A stretch of DNA of 63,991 bases, filler included, from Hausera hauseri (GCA_046269625.1; 13 parts of 13 records of this genome joined end to end with filler, not necessarily neighbours in it), one strand, 5' to 3'. Positions 24,181 to 36,967 are shown, numbered from the whole stretch's first letter. Translations and numbers: made by a program. Notes: generated by a model from the letters alone, not told the origin.

Positions 24181-25653
24181 AAGTGAGTTAAGGAAAGGTA
24201 AAAAGGAAATCGTACTAAGTATTAATGAGAAGGTAAAAGAGGAAAATTCAACTCATAGAATATACTGGCTAATCAAGAGTCTATTGTTAACAATTATCTT
24301 TTTATTGCCCCAAGTGGCCAAGCAGATGACGGAGGAAGAAGTCGAACGAGCAAAAATACGACATGCCACGGCCATAAACGAGGACCTATGGATAAAAAGC
24401 CTAAAATTACAGATGACATACTCCAGGAAAGGCCAGAAATGCATTACCTGGTATACCACAAGACGAATGCCTGGCGAGTATATCATAGGGATACAAATAA
24501 CCCCAGTTTACGGTTATAAGAGAAACCCCAATGAGCGATATAATGCCTGTATGCTCCACTCATTGACAAACGAAACACAATGCCTGATAAACACTTCGGG
24601 AACACTTGGAGTATATCTTACACTCATAAAGAAAAAAGGCGACTATTATTGTAGTTTTTATGTCAAATTTCACAGGTATATTCGAATTCCCAATAGACAT
24701 GAAATGAATGAAACACTACTAGATGAAATAATACTTAACCAGGTAATAATCAGACCAATGAGATTTAAAAGTGGACGAAGTTGTCTCGAAATTAGGAGTA
24801 TGATAGAATTGGAATATATCCGATGGATAACAATATCCATAAAAAGCAGGAGGCAAACAAAGATCATCAAAATGTAAAATAACAAATGAACAACAACAAG
24901 TTTGTTGTAACGTAACAAGAGGCCAAATATACGATGTAAAATACACTCTGTCTTGAAAGGAACACGGAAAATTCAAAAATAGAATGCAGAGAAAAGGGCC
25001 AACGATATTCATACGATACAGGAACCAGAAAGAATACGATGATATACCAAAAAAGATCACGACGCCATCTGTGCGATTCTCGGCTGATAAAGAAGAGATG
25101 ACTATCTTAATTAAACCTTACGCTTCATATCATCGTCAAAAAAGTTCCATATGGGATAACGTAACAGTTATAGCAGCCCCCACCGCATTAATTATCTCCG
25201 TTAAACCAGATTTAGATTCTGTTAAAATTAAATTTAGTTGTAAGAAGCAAGACACCATAGTCGCAAAAGAATCATAACCCCTGATGACCTGATCGTACCG
25301 TATGCGGCTTTGGAGCCTGATATGAAATACACAGTCATTCTACAATTGTTAGATAACAATGATAAGATAACCTCTACCAAAGTTATGTCCGCGATTACAA
25401 AAAGTAACAGAGTAGAATCACCATATATGATAAATACAGTTAGAAGTAAAACAACTAAATAGTCATCACGGGCGGTGTATAAGTATTCTCGCCTAGAAAT
25501 AATCATAATGGGTTCAATAGTCCCATAGCAGTTATAACAATAGTAGTGATATTGTTTAAGGTGATACGACTACGACGCAAGAGGAAACAAATCTGGGTAC
25601 GAATCAACCTTCGCGAGCTAACGAACCCGTTAGCAACTGACAACCCCAGCTGA
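24181..25653 (+). pseudogene. Env-like type I membrane protein extension of Pol with FN3-like ectodomain
   Basis: Signal-like IYWLIKSLLLTIIFLLPQVA in frame after the GPY module; LEPDMKYTVIL and VTRGQIYDVKY; TM IIIMGSIV/IAVITIVVILF then basic RLRRKRK; stop at 25651-25653. Confidence 0.65.
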
Positions 25654-25834
25654 CGGTTAAGTCTAGGAATTGCTATTTACGTAACCCTTTCAACAAAGAT
25701 AACCATATGTCATCAGGTTACTTATAGAAATAAATTGAAATATAAAACTACAACGATTACCACTGTATGTTTGATAACCGTTGTGTTGTGTCTAGATATC
25801 TCCATTGACTTGCGATTGACATTTCTTTTTACAG

Positions 25835-26900
25835 TATCGACCTCAACCGCTCACCAGATTCAAACGATTACCAGATCGAAGCATTGATTCAGTAATGCAA
25901 AAACTCATCTCATTAATGCCACGCCAGCCAGTCAATACTATGTGGTCCACAACGACTACACCTATAGTTTGAATTATTCTCAAACACCACAGATCCCAAA
26001 CAACCTTAAGGGATACAGCATGGGCAATCGATCGCTAGCCCTAATCCAATTGACTAAAGCAACTTCTTTCTATCTCAATGATCTGATAATTCTGCCTGAA
26101 AGATATCATTCCATAAATATTTATAATATTGCAGGCAAATTTCACCTTAAGTCTACCAATCGCAAGACCTCAATACAAGGAGATTTAATCAATATGGACC
26201 CAGACAATGCTCTAGCTTTTGAATATAGATTTATAAAAGATAACACTCTAAAGATCCGCTCCCTTTCTAACCGGATCATGATAGCATTCGAAATCATTAA
26301 ACACGAAACATTTCAACCTACAATCTCAGAAGGTAAATGCTTCCATCTCCCAAAACCCGTCTACCTACGATATAAGACAATTCCATACAGACGGATCCAA
26401 AATATCACGAATATGGATATGATCATAGCTGCCGTCAATCTGGTATATGACGAATGGAATCAAATGCAACCAATCGAATGTTTAGTTATAACGTTAGACG
26501 GTCAAACACTCTTCTACAGTGTCATCTCTCCCCGACAAAGAATCAATAATTTTGATACCCATCTAAGAAGTCTGACGGAATCCCATATAAACAACCAAAT
26601 GGATGCGAATGAATTCTATCGCAAAATTACTGAGGTACTAACAGATAAAATCATAATTGGAGCCGACGTTCTCGAAATGGTTATCAACCACTGCAAATGC
26701 CCAGTCAGACGGATAGCCGGAGTTCGCGATATTCTTTATCACCAAGAGGCTATCCGTAAATATCAATTAACTACAAACACTTATAAGGAGTTGGCAAAGA
26801 AATTCTACGATACTCGTGGAATGCCACTCTGAAGTACAATCTTGGTACAGTTACCAGGCTATCTACAAACAATTGAAATGGACAAATAAAATAATCACTC
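25835..26900 (+). pseudogene. Extra 3' ORF with inactive REX4/ISG20-like DEDDh exonuclease domain
   Basis: CLVITLDGQTLFYSVISPRQRINNFDTHLRSLTESHI...LTDKIIIG...VRDI. Preceded by splice acceptor TTTCTTTTTACAG ending at 25834. Confidence 0.6.
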
Positions 26901-27099
26901 AGACCTCGAACTCTGATCCGGTGCGAATAACACCAACCTCTGNNNNNNNNNNNNNNNNNNNNNNNNNNNNNNNNNNNNNNNNNNNNTTAATTAATTAANN
27001 NNNNNNNNNNNNNNNNNNNNNNNNNNNNNNNNNNNNNNNNNNTTTTTTTCCAACCGTGACTATGCGTGAATGCGCTCGTTGACCCATGCCTGCCTGTAC

Positions 27100-27480
27100 T
27101 GGCTGTTGAAGGCCTACATGAAATGAGTTAGTGGCCTTTCTACAATTTCAGCTATTATTGTCACATTTTTAGGTAGTCCTGGAGCAATAATTACTGAATT
27201 CCATGAATTATAACCACAATTATAAGCGAATACTACTTTATTAACTTGACATTCCTTTAATTGCACTTGTTGATAACTGATCCTTTGATACAGTTTATAG
27301 TTTTAAGGACGTCTTTCTTTACCGATGTTGGATTTGCATTTTGAAATTTGCCTATATCTATTGATGAAAGTTTTGCTGTTATTTCCGGTTTGGAAAAATC
27401 ATAGGCTTCTAATGCTTTTGTGATTTTTAAGCTGCTAATGGTTATTAAATATAGTAACAGGTGAATAATTTGTACTACCC
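27100..27480 (-). pseudogene. env: N-terminus of chuvirus-like/gB-type glycoprotein (env)
   Basis: Signal peptide VVQIIHLLLYLITISS, then LEAYDFSKP...SSIDIG and, after a frameshift, QVQLKECQVNKVVFAYNCGYNSWNSVI. Matches the AYDC...C-x-V...CG-x-x-S-x-x-S pattern of chuvirus-type G. Confidence 0.7.
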
Positions 27481-29084
27481 TATCTGAGACATTGGTGTCT
27501 TTGGAATTCATTAGCTTTGTAGGGCTAAATTTCTTGAGGATTTCATCCCAAGCTCCTTTTTTGGTTACACAATCTTTCGTTAGTTTATCCATGTGGTGGG
27601 TTAACTCCCTTACTATATGGTGTAATTTGACATCAACCTCTGTTTGATTTTTAAAGCTGACCACTATGCATCCCAATGCCATCAGTAGTCGATTTTGATC
27701 ACATTCATTTATTAATCGTGTCAATGCTTTATCTAGGCCTCCTTTCAGTTTATATTTTTGTAGTAATGTTGTAATTTGTGATGAGAAATTTCTAGCGATT
27801 TCTATTATGAACTTTAATGGAATCGTTTTAATTATTGGTATTTTGTTGAATTAATTTGGATTAGCTTTTTAAATTAATTGTTCTAAAAGTTCTTAAGTTG
27901 TTAATGTTATTTTTGTTATATTCGTTTCATTTCGATCCGACGTTCCCGTAACAGGATTTTTCGTTTGTTCATTTTCATGATCACTAATAGTAAATCGCTG
28001 GAAATTGTCGTATAATATATCTTCTAATGCTTCTCGTTGTTCCTTACGCCTTTTAGACAAAGGTCTTCTTCTTCTTTGTGTTTCTGTTCTTTCTTCTTTA
28101 GAATTTTCTTCGTAATCGCTTATTGGGTTAAAATCGCATTTTCGTGGTTTTTTTCCCTTTTCTTAGTACCAAATTCCATGGTAATCTGATGAATTGTTCC
28201 GGTAACGAGTCCATAATCTACAATGTAATCATTGTCAGTGGCTGATCTACCGTAAACATTGGTTTTCCCTATTATATTAGTTTCGAATACTTTTCTTCGG
28301 ATATCTGTAAATTTAGTGAACATTCCTGCTGTTACTTCGATTACTTTTTCCCACGTATTAGTTTTAATTTCTGTACTTATAATATATTATTGTTTTCTTC
28401 TATGTATTCTTCTTAAGCCTCTTTCAAGAGTTTTAAGTAGCTTTCTTGCTGCTGAAAAGCAAAATACATCGTCCTTTGTTATATGTAGGAGTAATGGTGC
28501 GCATTCTATTCTGCTAGTTAGTGGTAGCGACTCATATTGTCGTAAGGAATTCCATACGTCGTTAGGTGCTTTTTGTAATTTAGTTTCAATTATTTCAGTT
28601 ACGGATTCTGGATGTTCACCATATACTATGGAACCTGGGGGAATATTCATTTCCTGGATATTTCTTGGGTTTATGATTGGTAATAGTGTAGTTTTGGGAT
28701 ATTGGGTTACATTCGGTGTAAGAATGAGTTCATCGTCTTCCAAGAATTTGAACACTTCATCTTTGTTAATTACTTGTGGTTCATTTTTGGATGTACCTGG
28801 CTGTATTGAATCCCACATGGTTTCAAGTAATGTCGGTCGTTGGGGTGGAACCTTAGATTGGGAGAGTGGTGCAGCCAATCTATCGTTGTAAGGTTCTATC
28901 CATTCTCCAGTTGGTCCTGTGAATATTTATCAGAATTCATATCCGGATGTCTTTGAGCAATTGGTTCGATTACTGGGATTGCTCTTGACTCAGTGGTTTT
29001 TTCGAGTTTCCGTATCGCCGGGAAGGCTATTCATAATATCTTCTGGCTTTCTATTATCTGTGCTATATTGTACTCCACTAGCAT

Positions 29085-29470
29085 GGTTTTTGGTATTCGT
29101 CGAGATACCTTTGCACCATAATTTCTGAGTTATGACCACGATATATGTCTAAATATTTATAACTTCTATTGGTCTGTTCCATATGGTAAGTGGCGGTTAG
29201 ATTTGTTGGTTTTATTTTCAACGTGTTCAGTAATTCTGGCAATTGACGTCCGATGATTACTTTGCCTGGTAAATATTTATTCATGAATTCACTTATCGAC
29301 TTTTGCTGTTGAGGGTTGTATCGTTTACTGTATTCTGTATACTTTGTGCCTAGTATATTTGGATACACATGAATATTGAGAATTGTCTTTCCTTCTAAGT
29401 TTTTGGCAGTGATTTGAGTAAATACTTTTTGACCTTCTTTCGTTATGTATCTACCAGTGAGTATTATTTC
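29085..29470 (-). pseudogene. Inactive REX4/ISG20-like exonuclease-fold domain
   Basis: FTQITAKNLEGKTILNIHVYP...KYLPGKVIIGRQL...GHNSEIMVQRYLDEY. Confidence 0.45.
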
Positions 29471-31961
29471 TCTATCGTGTGCTACAGGTTCCTATACAGA
29501 TAATATGGGTGTTTCTTTAAGTAATTGTATTAAGTGTAATGGGTACTTATCTAGTAGTTGGATTTGACAACCTCCTTCATAGGAGTAATTGGGGAGTATC
29601 ATAGTTTCTTTGGAAATGATTATTGTTTTATTACTGACTTGTAGTCGCGCCTCTCCTTGATTGGTAATTATAGCGCCTGGCGGGTCGTTTCTTTCAATCT
29701 GGATGTCGGCATTTTTAAGTATGCTTTATCGATACCTTCCATACAAATAAGTCATTGTTTGGCAATATCTTCGAATTCTATTCGACCAGACTTCTTGTTA
29801 GCGAATATTTTATTCCAGCTTTGAACTGTATCTATGTCCAGTTGATGTAATTTTACTTCCATAATCAGGATAGTGTTACATGTTATTTCTCGCTGGGATG
29901 TCTTTCGTTCTAATATAAGTGTTTATTTGGGAAAATGTGATATGGTGATCCTTGATGGTTAAGTTTAATTTTGTATTCCTGTCGTAGGTTTGTTAGTTGT
30001 TGGGATAATGTGCCTTCTCTTTTTCATTGATCGCTAGGTAGATTAAAATTCTGATCTACATTAAACGTGCCGTAGATATGTGTTTCCTTTAGCTGTATTT
30101 ACCTAAATAACCATGGTAATTCAATTCCAACAATGAGTTTTCCACAGTGTAACTGTCTGCGACTTTCAGCGTATTTTTCCTTTTCTCGGTTTACATCTAA
30201 TTCAACTATTAAATCACATTTGATATTCTTTATTTTTATTCGATTGATTTCTGGTTCTTGCTGTTCTTCGATAGTTTTTTCTACTGCTATGAAGATCAGT
30301 AGCAAGTTTTTGATGTCCTTTGTTTCTGGCCATAGCATATACGGAAATTTATTATTTTGGATATCTGATACTTTTCGTTCCAATTGATTCAAATAGTTTC
30401 TCGTAATGAAGGGTTTTTCTAAAATAGATATCTTGGATGATGGTTTGGGTATGATTTGTTGATGTTCTGTTATTTGTGTAGGTATTAATAGTGCCGTAAA
30501 GGCTGATTTGGTTTGCTCATTAAAAGTTACTGAGTGGCGAGGTGAGGCACTTCTTTCCTTTCTGTTACTTTTCCTATAGTCTGAAGAATTTACTGTTTCA
30601 TTTGTGGAGCCACTATATGGCGGTACTGCTGAATCAATTTTTCTTTCATTTGGGTGCTTAGGATATTCTGGTGTCATATTTCCATTGTACCTGGATGGAG
30701 AAGTATTTCTATTTGATAGTGACTCATTTTGTATTGAACTATAATCTGATGATCAAGCATTTGTCATTATTATTACTTGGTCCAGCAGAAGGTGTTCGAT
30801 TTCGGTCTCTTTGACGACATGAATTGGGATTCCTATTATATCTATCCGATTCTCGTTGAGGTGGAGTATAGTAACGTTTTCTGTCATAATTTCCAGATTT
30901 CGAGTTGTTATACCTATTTCTATTATCATATCCTGATTTATATCTGTCTCTGCTATTATATCGTCGGTTATCTCTTTCTCTGCTAGCATTCCTATTGCAG
31001 TTACCATATCGTTCTCGGTTATCATCTCTTCTAAATCTCTCGCGACTTTTGCTTCGTCTGTCGTTAGGATGGTTGGTTCTTAGTCCTTCTGGCCGGTTAG
31101 TTAAATATTTTGTTCGGCTATCATCTCGTCTGTAATATGGATTCACTTCATTATTTCTATTATCATAACGATTTGGATTTCGATTATTACTGTACCTTTC
31201 TATACTAGGGTATCGACTTCTGTTATCATTTCTCTCTCTTGTGTAATCTCGTGGTCTATCATATCTCGCATCATTCTGCTGTCAATCTTCATAGTATCCT
31301 CTATTTTCTTATATGAGGTAACCGTTTGATTATTATTATAGTCCCTGGGTGATTGATTATAATTTCTTTTTTCTGGAGTATTACTTCTCTGTGATGTGTT
31401 ACCATCTTGTTGATTAGGGCTTTGGCTTTTCTAAGTATCTCTCCACGGTAAATTACTACGATTGGCTGAATCTGGTCTTATTAATAACGGAGTCGTGGCT
31501 ACTACTGCAATTTGTGTTTGATTAGTCCAGGCAGGTGTTTCATCTATCCAAGTTTCCATTCGTCTGGTATATTCTATCAACTCGTTAAAATTATTTGCTG
31601 TGTGGAATTTGGCTCCTTCTCGTAAGGGTGGTAAAAGTCCAAGTACAAATTGTTTCATGATTATAGCCCCAAAGCCTTCTGCATTCACACCAAAATATCT
31701 ATTCATTGCGGTTTTAAATCTATTAATGTATGTCGAAACTTCTTCATTTGTTTTCTTGTTTAGTTCCCGTTAATTCTATTTAGGGAGAGACTTTGTCTTT
31801 ATACTTCGTTTGAATTAATGGGTTGAACAAGGTTGTACTTATGCTTACGTTTATTATGGTANNNNNNNNNNNNNNNNNNNNNNNNNNNNNNNNNNNNNNN
31901 NNNNNTTAATTAATTAANNNNNNNNNNNNNNNNNNNNNNNNNNNNNNNNNNNNNNNNNNNN

Positions 31962-34530
31962 AGAAAAGCACATACTCATGGACTCAGCAAAAAGAAGCAT
32001 CCCCTCAACAACAACAACAACCAGCAGGAAACGTCAAGCATCCACAAGCCTTGACGAATACGCGCAAAGCAGCAGCAGTAAACAGCAGAAGCAACAGGAC
32101 CAGCAGGAACCACCCATTACCGTCAAGTACGATCTAAACAAATTGTACGTTGACATGAAGGTGGACATATCAGCAGAAACGACAACAACAACAATGCAGT
32201 TGAGACATTTCCCGTCCAGTGTGCAAAACCGACTGAAAGTTGAAGTGCGGAAATTCAAACACTGCAAAGCCAGTATTATGCACTTGCAGAATACTAAAAC
32301 GTACAAGATGACAGGAAACAATGGTACCTGTCACATCGAGCTGTAACATATAACGAAGATTTCGTTGAGGACATTGGCGAAAAGCTCGATGAGAAAATCG
32401 TTAATTATACGGAAAAGGCACAGGCTGGCAAATTGTAAAGATTGTCACTCCCGACTTTATTACAAGAAAGTCAAGTGACATGATATACCTGTCCGGACGG
32501 TCATTCATACCGACACCTGCAGTTTTGAAGCAATCTCTGGCGGTAGTGAATGTGTAAAATACGGACGATGAATATTATTTTTTTTACAGTATTCCTGCCG
32601 TATTAAAATATAATGAAGTGTACAGACATTGTGTAAATTGTCCAAAGCAGTACAGTAATTATTTTTCCGAATTGGTCTGCGACGAAAGCTGGATGCTGAT
32701 GAAACTTAAAACCATCCCGGCATTTGAATGGCTCAATTCAACATTGTTAATAAACGTGTTCCGGTACAACACAATCATAGAGATACCGTCAGGTGAAGAA
32801 ATATACAAAAATCCCCATGTAACATAATTTACCGCAGTCGGAACACAAATGGACGCCCAGTAAATTTTTTGCTGTTGGAAAATGCAGAAGACTTTCATTA
32901 TGTGGCAGTAACAAATTTGGATAGACAACTGTACATGGACCATGACCAATTTGTCCAAAAAGGGATAAGCTGCAAATGGTGCCCCATATGTCTGCATGGC
33001 TTTAGATCAAAAGCGATATGCGAAAAGCATTTGGCGCTGTGCAGAAAAGATGCAACAGGAATAACAATGTATGTCATTCCAATCAAAAAGGAACTGAGAT
33101 TCAGTTACTGTTCAAAAAGCGACAGTCTGTAATATATGGTATATGTCGATATAGAGGCAATTTTACCACGGCACAACATTTAGGACCAAAAGCATGTCCC
33201 AATCGCCGTCGGCATGCTGGTTGTGCCAATTAAAGCCAACGGACAACAACAATGCTACGTTTTCCACGGATTGAACTATGTCCGCGATTTACTTCATCAT
33301 TTGGAGACAATAGTGGAAACGGAAATCTCGCCGTGGTATCAGAATAACAGCATAAAGCCATTTGTCTGGGCATACGAATATGAATCGCTGCTTTTCGCTG
33401 CCACTGACGAATGTTACCTGTGCTACAAACTATTGTCGTTCGATGTACAAGAACGGCTCGTACCTGTTCACGATCGCTTTAACGCACGATTCCTGAGAGC
33501 AACATGTAATGCATGAAATTAGGCAAGGCGTGTTTGGCCATTCCTACCCGTGATATTTCATAACTTTCTAGGTTATGACTGTCACCATATTCGAAACGGG
33601 GCATAAACGGATTTCCGTACTGGGAACTATCCATAATTTCAACAACAATGGCAAAGTACCTGTCCCTATCGGCACGCATAAATTAGTTCCAGGTAGGGTT
33701 TTTTGACTTATCATAGTTCTCCAGTGAGTCTCTAGAAAAGCTCATAAGTGCCTTGCCGAATGTGCCGATAACTCTGACGCAGTTTCCTGCATATATTGCA
33801 CGCAGCAAAGGCATATTCCCATATGAATTTGCTGTGTCGTACGAGCGGCTTCAGACAACAAATGAATTGCCGCCACAGTGGACCGGAATTACAGAAGACG
33901 AGTACCACAGAGCACAGGAAACGTGAACAGAGCTCGGCTGCGGAAACATGTGGGAGTACATGCTTCAGTACCTGAAACTGAACGTGTACTTGTTAGTCAA
34001 TGTGTTTCAGACATTTCGTGCTAAAGCGTTGGCGGAAGATAGGCTGGAGCCGCTAGACCTTTACTCCATACCGGGAATAAGTTGGACATCGGCACTAATA
34101 TTGCTGGACAAGGAAACTGAGCTGTTGAAAGACCCGGAAATGTACAGACTATTTGATATTGGTATTCTTGGCGGCATGACATTTGTCAACAAACATCACA
34201 TAATCAGTGATGACGATGACACAATGTAAATTATGTACATCGATATTAATAACTTGTATGGCTGGATGCTTTCGCAACCCTTGCCGTAAGGTTCATTTGA
34301 ATGGATAATGGAGAAACAAGAACCGGATACATTGCTGGACTGTCTGCCAGCAGAAAACATGACAGAAAGCAGCTCAGTCGGCTACCTAATGGAAGTCGAT
34401 CTTTTGGTACCAGATGAGCTGCATGACGCTCTGGACGAATTACCCGTGGCACCAATCAGTCCATGTCCGCCCGGCTCAAAAGTAAAGAAACTGCTCATGG
34501 CGCATGAACTCAAATTCAATTACGTGGTTC
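31962..34530 (+). pseudogene. polB: Polinton-type pPolB, degenerate and 3' deleted; close relative of 6535-9945
   Basis: Shared PPITVKYDLN, HYVAVTNLDR, KGIFPYE, ALAEDRLEPL, GGMTFVNKH, YIDINNLYG, CPPGSKVKKLL; stops abruptly after FNYVV. Confidence 0.93.
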
Positions 34531-34532
34531 AA

Positions 34533-34913
34533 TTACGAGGATGTGCCCCGAATATCATTGGACAACATCAAATCATTGTCCACTTTCTTCATCGTTTCCT
34601 CCAATGCATCGAAGTTACTGTCACCGATTTTCTTTACCAACAGGCCATATTTTACCTGCTTCATTTTTATCGGTGTTGATAATTGCACTAGAATGGGGGT
34701 TCGCGGGAAGTGTAGATTGTACCCGTTGTACACTCTGGACTGTCTGAGGGAATACGGGCCGTACGTGGACTCACTGCTGCTTTGTAAATACATATTAAGG
34801 AAAAAAAGTAAAAATGAAATGGACTTACTGCAACCGGGCACAATTGAATTGTTGGTGTTGTCATTGTTGTTGCTGCTGCTGCTGCAGATGCTGTTGTTTT
34901 GTTGTACAGACAT
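34533..34913 (-). pseudogene. Polinton SSB-like gene (copy 2), 3' half deleted, with a probable ~49-nt intron (34780-34828)
   Basis: YSLRQSRVYNGYNL...VKYGLLVKK...KKVDNDLMLSNDI matches copy 1; GTAAGT donor plus T-rich tract. Confidence 0.6.
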
Positions 34914-35322
34914 TTTAGTGACAAAGCAAAATGAAAAGACATCCATATTTATGCCACATTTTCTCAAATTGGTTTATTTTCGTTGTAAGCAATGGACAAA
35001 ATATGTACCAACCGGTTTGCTTTCATTGTAAACAGTAGACAAACGGTCAGTATTACCCGTGACGCTGTCTTTTTAAAAGTCATTCATAATAAATGCTCCT
35101 GCTGCTCTCGCAACTAGTTCACTGTCAAGTACTTGCCACCATCGTACCAAGTCTGAAATTAATAATCCACCAAAATTTTGTAACTGTTTCAGTTGATTAA
35201 CTACTGCCATAATGATGATGAATATTACTTCCTACCCGTATTTATAGTTTTTAAATTATTCAACTGACCAGTATGGCGTGCCTTATTCACAGAAAGAAAA
35301 AGAAACAGCGACATATATTTAT

Positions 35323-35817
35323 TTATTTGCATAAAATATAGTCAATACAAAGCCGTAGACATTTTTTGTAAGCACACTGTGGTCCATGACCACGATGCGG
35401 ACATCGGATATTGTTAAGTACTATCTTCAGTGAGCTGTTCGATGTTGTTGTTGAATTCGTCCTTATTCGAAACTCGCAAAACTGTGAATGGAGTTGTGTA
35501 AACTTTTGCCCGTCAATTTGATCTTTAATGTAAAATATTGTATTTTCAATGTCGAAACGATCACAAATCTCTGCCATAATACACGCCACACAGAAAATTG
35601 AATTGCCTTCAAACCAAAGAAGTCTATGACAATGTCAAAAGAGAAATCCATTTGTAATTTTCACTTTTTCCGTCAGGTCTTTCCACACAATACCGGGCTT
35701 GATTATGTACACAAGCGGTTCGAAAATGTTACCGACGTCCATAATGCATAATTCCTTCATTATGTACTAGGCATTATCATCTTGAAAAGTCTTAATGTCT
35801 ATAAATCCTGTCGCCAT
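35323..35817 (-). pseudogene. Polinton-associated DEDD/RNase H-fold nuclease-like gene with C-terminal C-H-C motif
   Basis: MATGFIDIKTF..*YIMKELCI...NGFLF*HCHRLLWFEG...FYIK...CPHRGHGPQCAYKK; one frame with two stops. Confidence 0.6.
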
Positions 35818-35896
35818 TACTCATCTGGTACAAAATCATTTTTGTTTATAACGCAAACAAAACAACTAAGTATTATTACTATTTTCATCACAATAA

Positions 35897-36342
35897 TTAA
35901 ATATGAGTGGTTTTGTCCATATCACCAAAGCCAAATTCTTTTCGTTCATTTCGTGTTGTTGTTGTTGTTGATTCATTGACGCAAAACAGTCCCCATTGTT
36001 ACGGTGACATTACACTGAATTTTTTATCTTCAAATCGAAGAAAAACGATTTGTGCGATTGTACTGCCAGAAACAACTTAATTTCACCACAAAAGTCTGAA
36101 TTAATGACACCGCTCAGAACCGTCAATCCGAGCTTTGCCAGTCCGCTTTTCGATAAAAGTTGGCCGTAGTAATCCGGTAGAATCGCCAACCGAATCCCAG
36201 TCGTTATGCATTTGATTGTACTGTCCGGATTTGTCGTATTGACATTGGAAAACCCATTGTAACGTGCACGGTTTGCTGTAACACGTCTCGATACAAAGGC
36301 ATTTTCGTCTGTTAAGATAATCTTTACATCATTCATTATCAT
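35897..36342 (-). pseudogene. dut: dUTPase, degenerate
   Basis: TGIRLA, YGQLLSKSGLA (motif 2), GVINSDFCGEI (motif 3), frameshifted ERKEFGFG (motif 5). Confidence 0.85.
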
Positions 36343-36439
36343 TATTCTTATGCCAATATTAAAAGTACTCGTATATTTATACTCGTTAATTCGGTTGATG
36401 GAAGAAGAAGAAGAACGGTAAAACAAGAAAATTTATTGA

Positions 36440-36855
36440 TAATTAAAATGTGCTTGAGCTACTCACTAAATTGGGCTTTTGATACCGGATTTTTCCTTGT
36501 ATCCTTGCAATTCAATATTCAGTCGACACTGTAATAAACCACCATTATCACCATCGGGTACATAAGACATTTCGCGACCGATAAAATCAAACAATTTCGT
36601 TTTCTGCGCCGGTAAATCTACAGATTGCTGTTGCACGGTCGATTTGTTCAACTTCAAATCCACGTTTAATTGATGCAGCGCATCAGAAACTTTATTCAAA
36701 TTTTCACCTGAAAGCCGATTTACACGATAGCCATAGTTGGGTGCACATAGAGACACTGGATCATTTAATGAAATCGGTACGGGCGTTGGCAGAAAATGCA
36801 TTTCATACTTGCGAAAAATTTGTTTCGGTAAAAATATCTGTGTTTGGCGCGACGA
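36440..36855 (-). pseudogene. Polinton SSB-like gene (divergent paralog, copy 3)
   Basis: LNIELQGYKEKSGIKSPI**VAQAHF aligns with LALNLKGFKERSGVKSTIWKM; the two stops restore to W and R by single changes. Confidence 0.55.
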
Positions 36856-36967
36856 NNNNNNNNNNNNNNNNNNNNNNNNNNNNNNNNNNNNNNNNNNNNT
36901 TAATTAATTAANNNNNNNNNNNNNNNNNNNNNNNNNNNNNNNNNNNNNNNNNNNNACAGGTATGGGT

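Larger units (their letters stand above)
27043..31800 (-). mobile_element. LTR retrotransposon 5' half: gag, long accessory region, env; no pol in between
   Basis: Gag core VSTYINRF...KQFVLGLLPPLR...FNELIEYTRRME (31431-31760); RS/RD-rich block 30739-31300; co-oriented ORF remnants down to env. Confidence 0.7.

Noticed and set aside
28259-28891. 210-aa plus-strand hydrophobic ORF and similar antisense ORFs (1556-2011, 3592-4296, 34504-35031)
   Set aside because: Shadows of A-rich coding sequence on the opposite strand.
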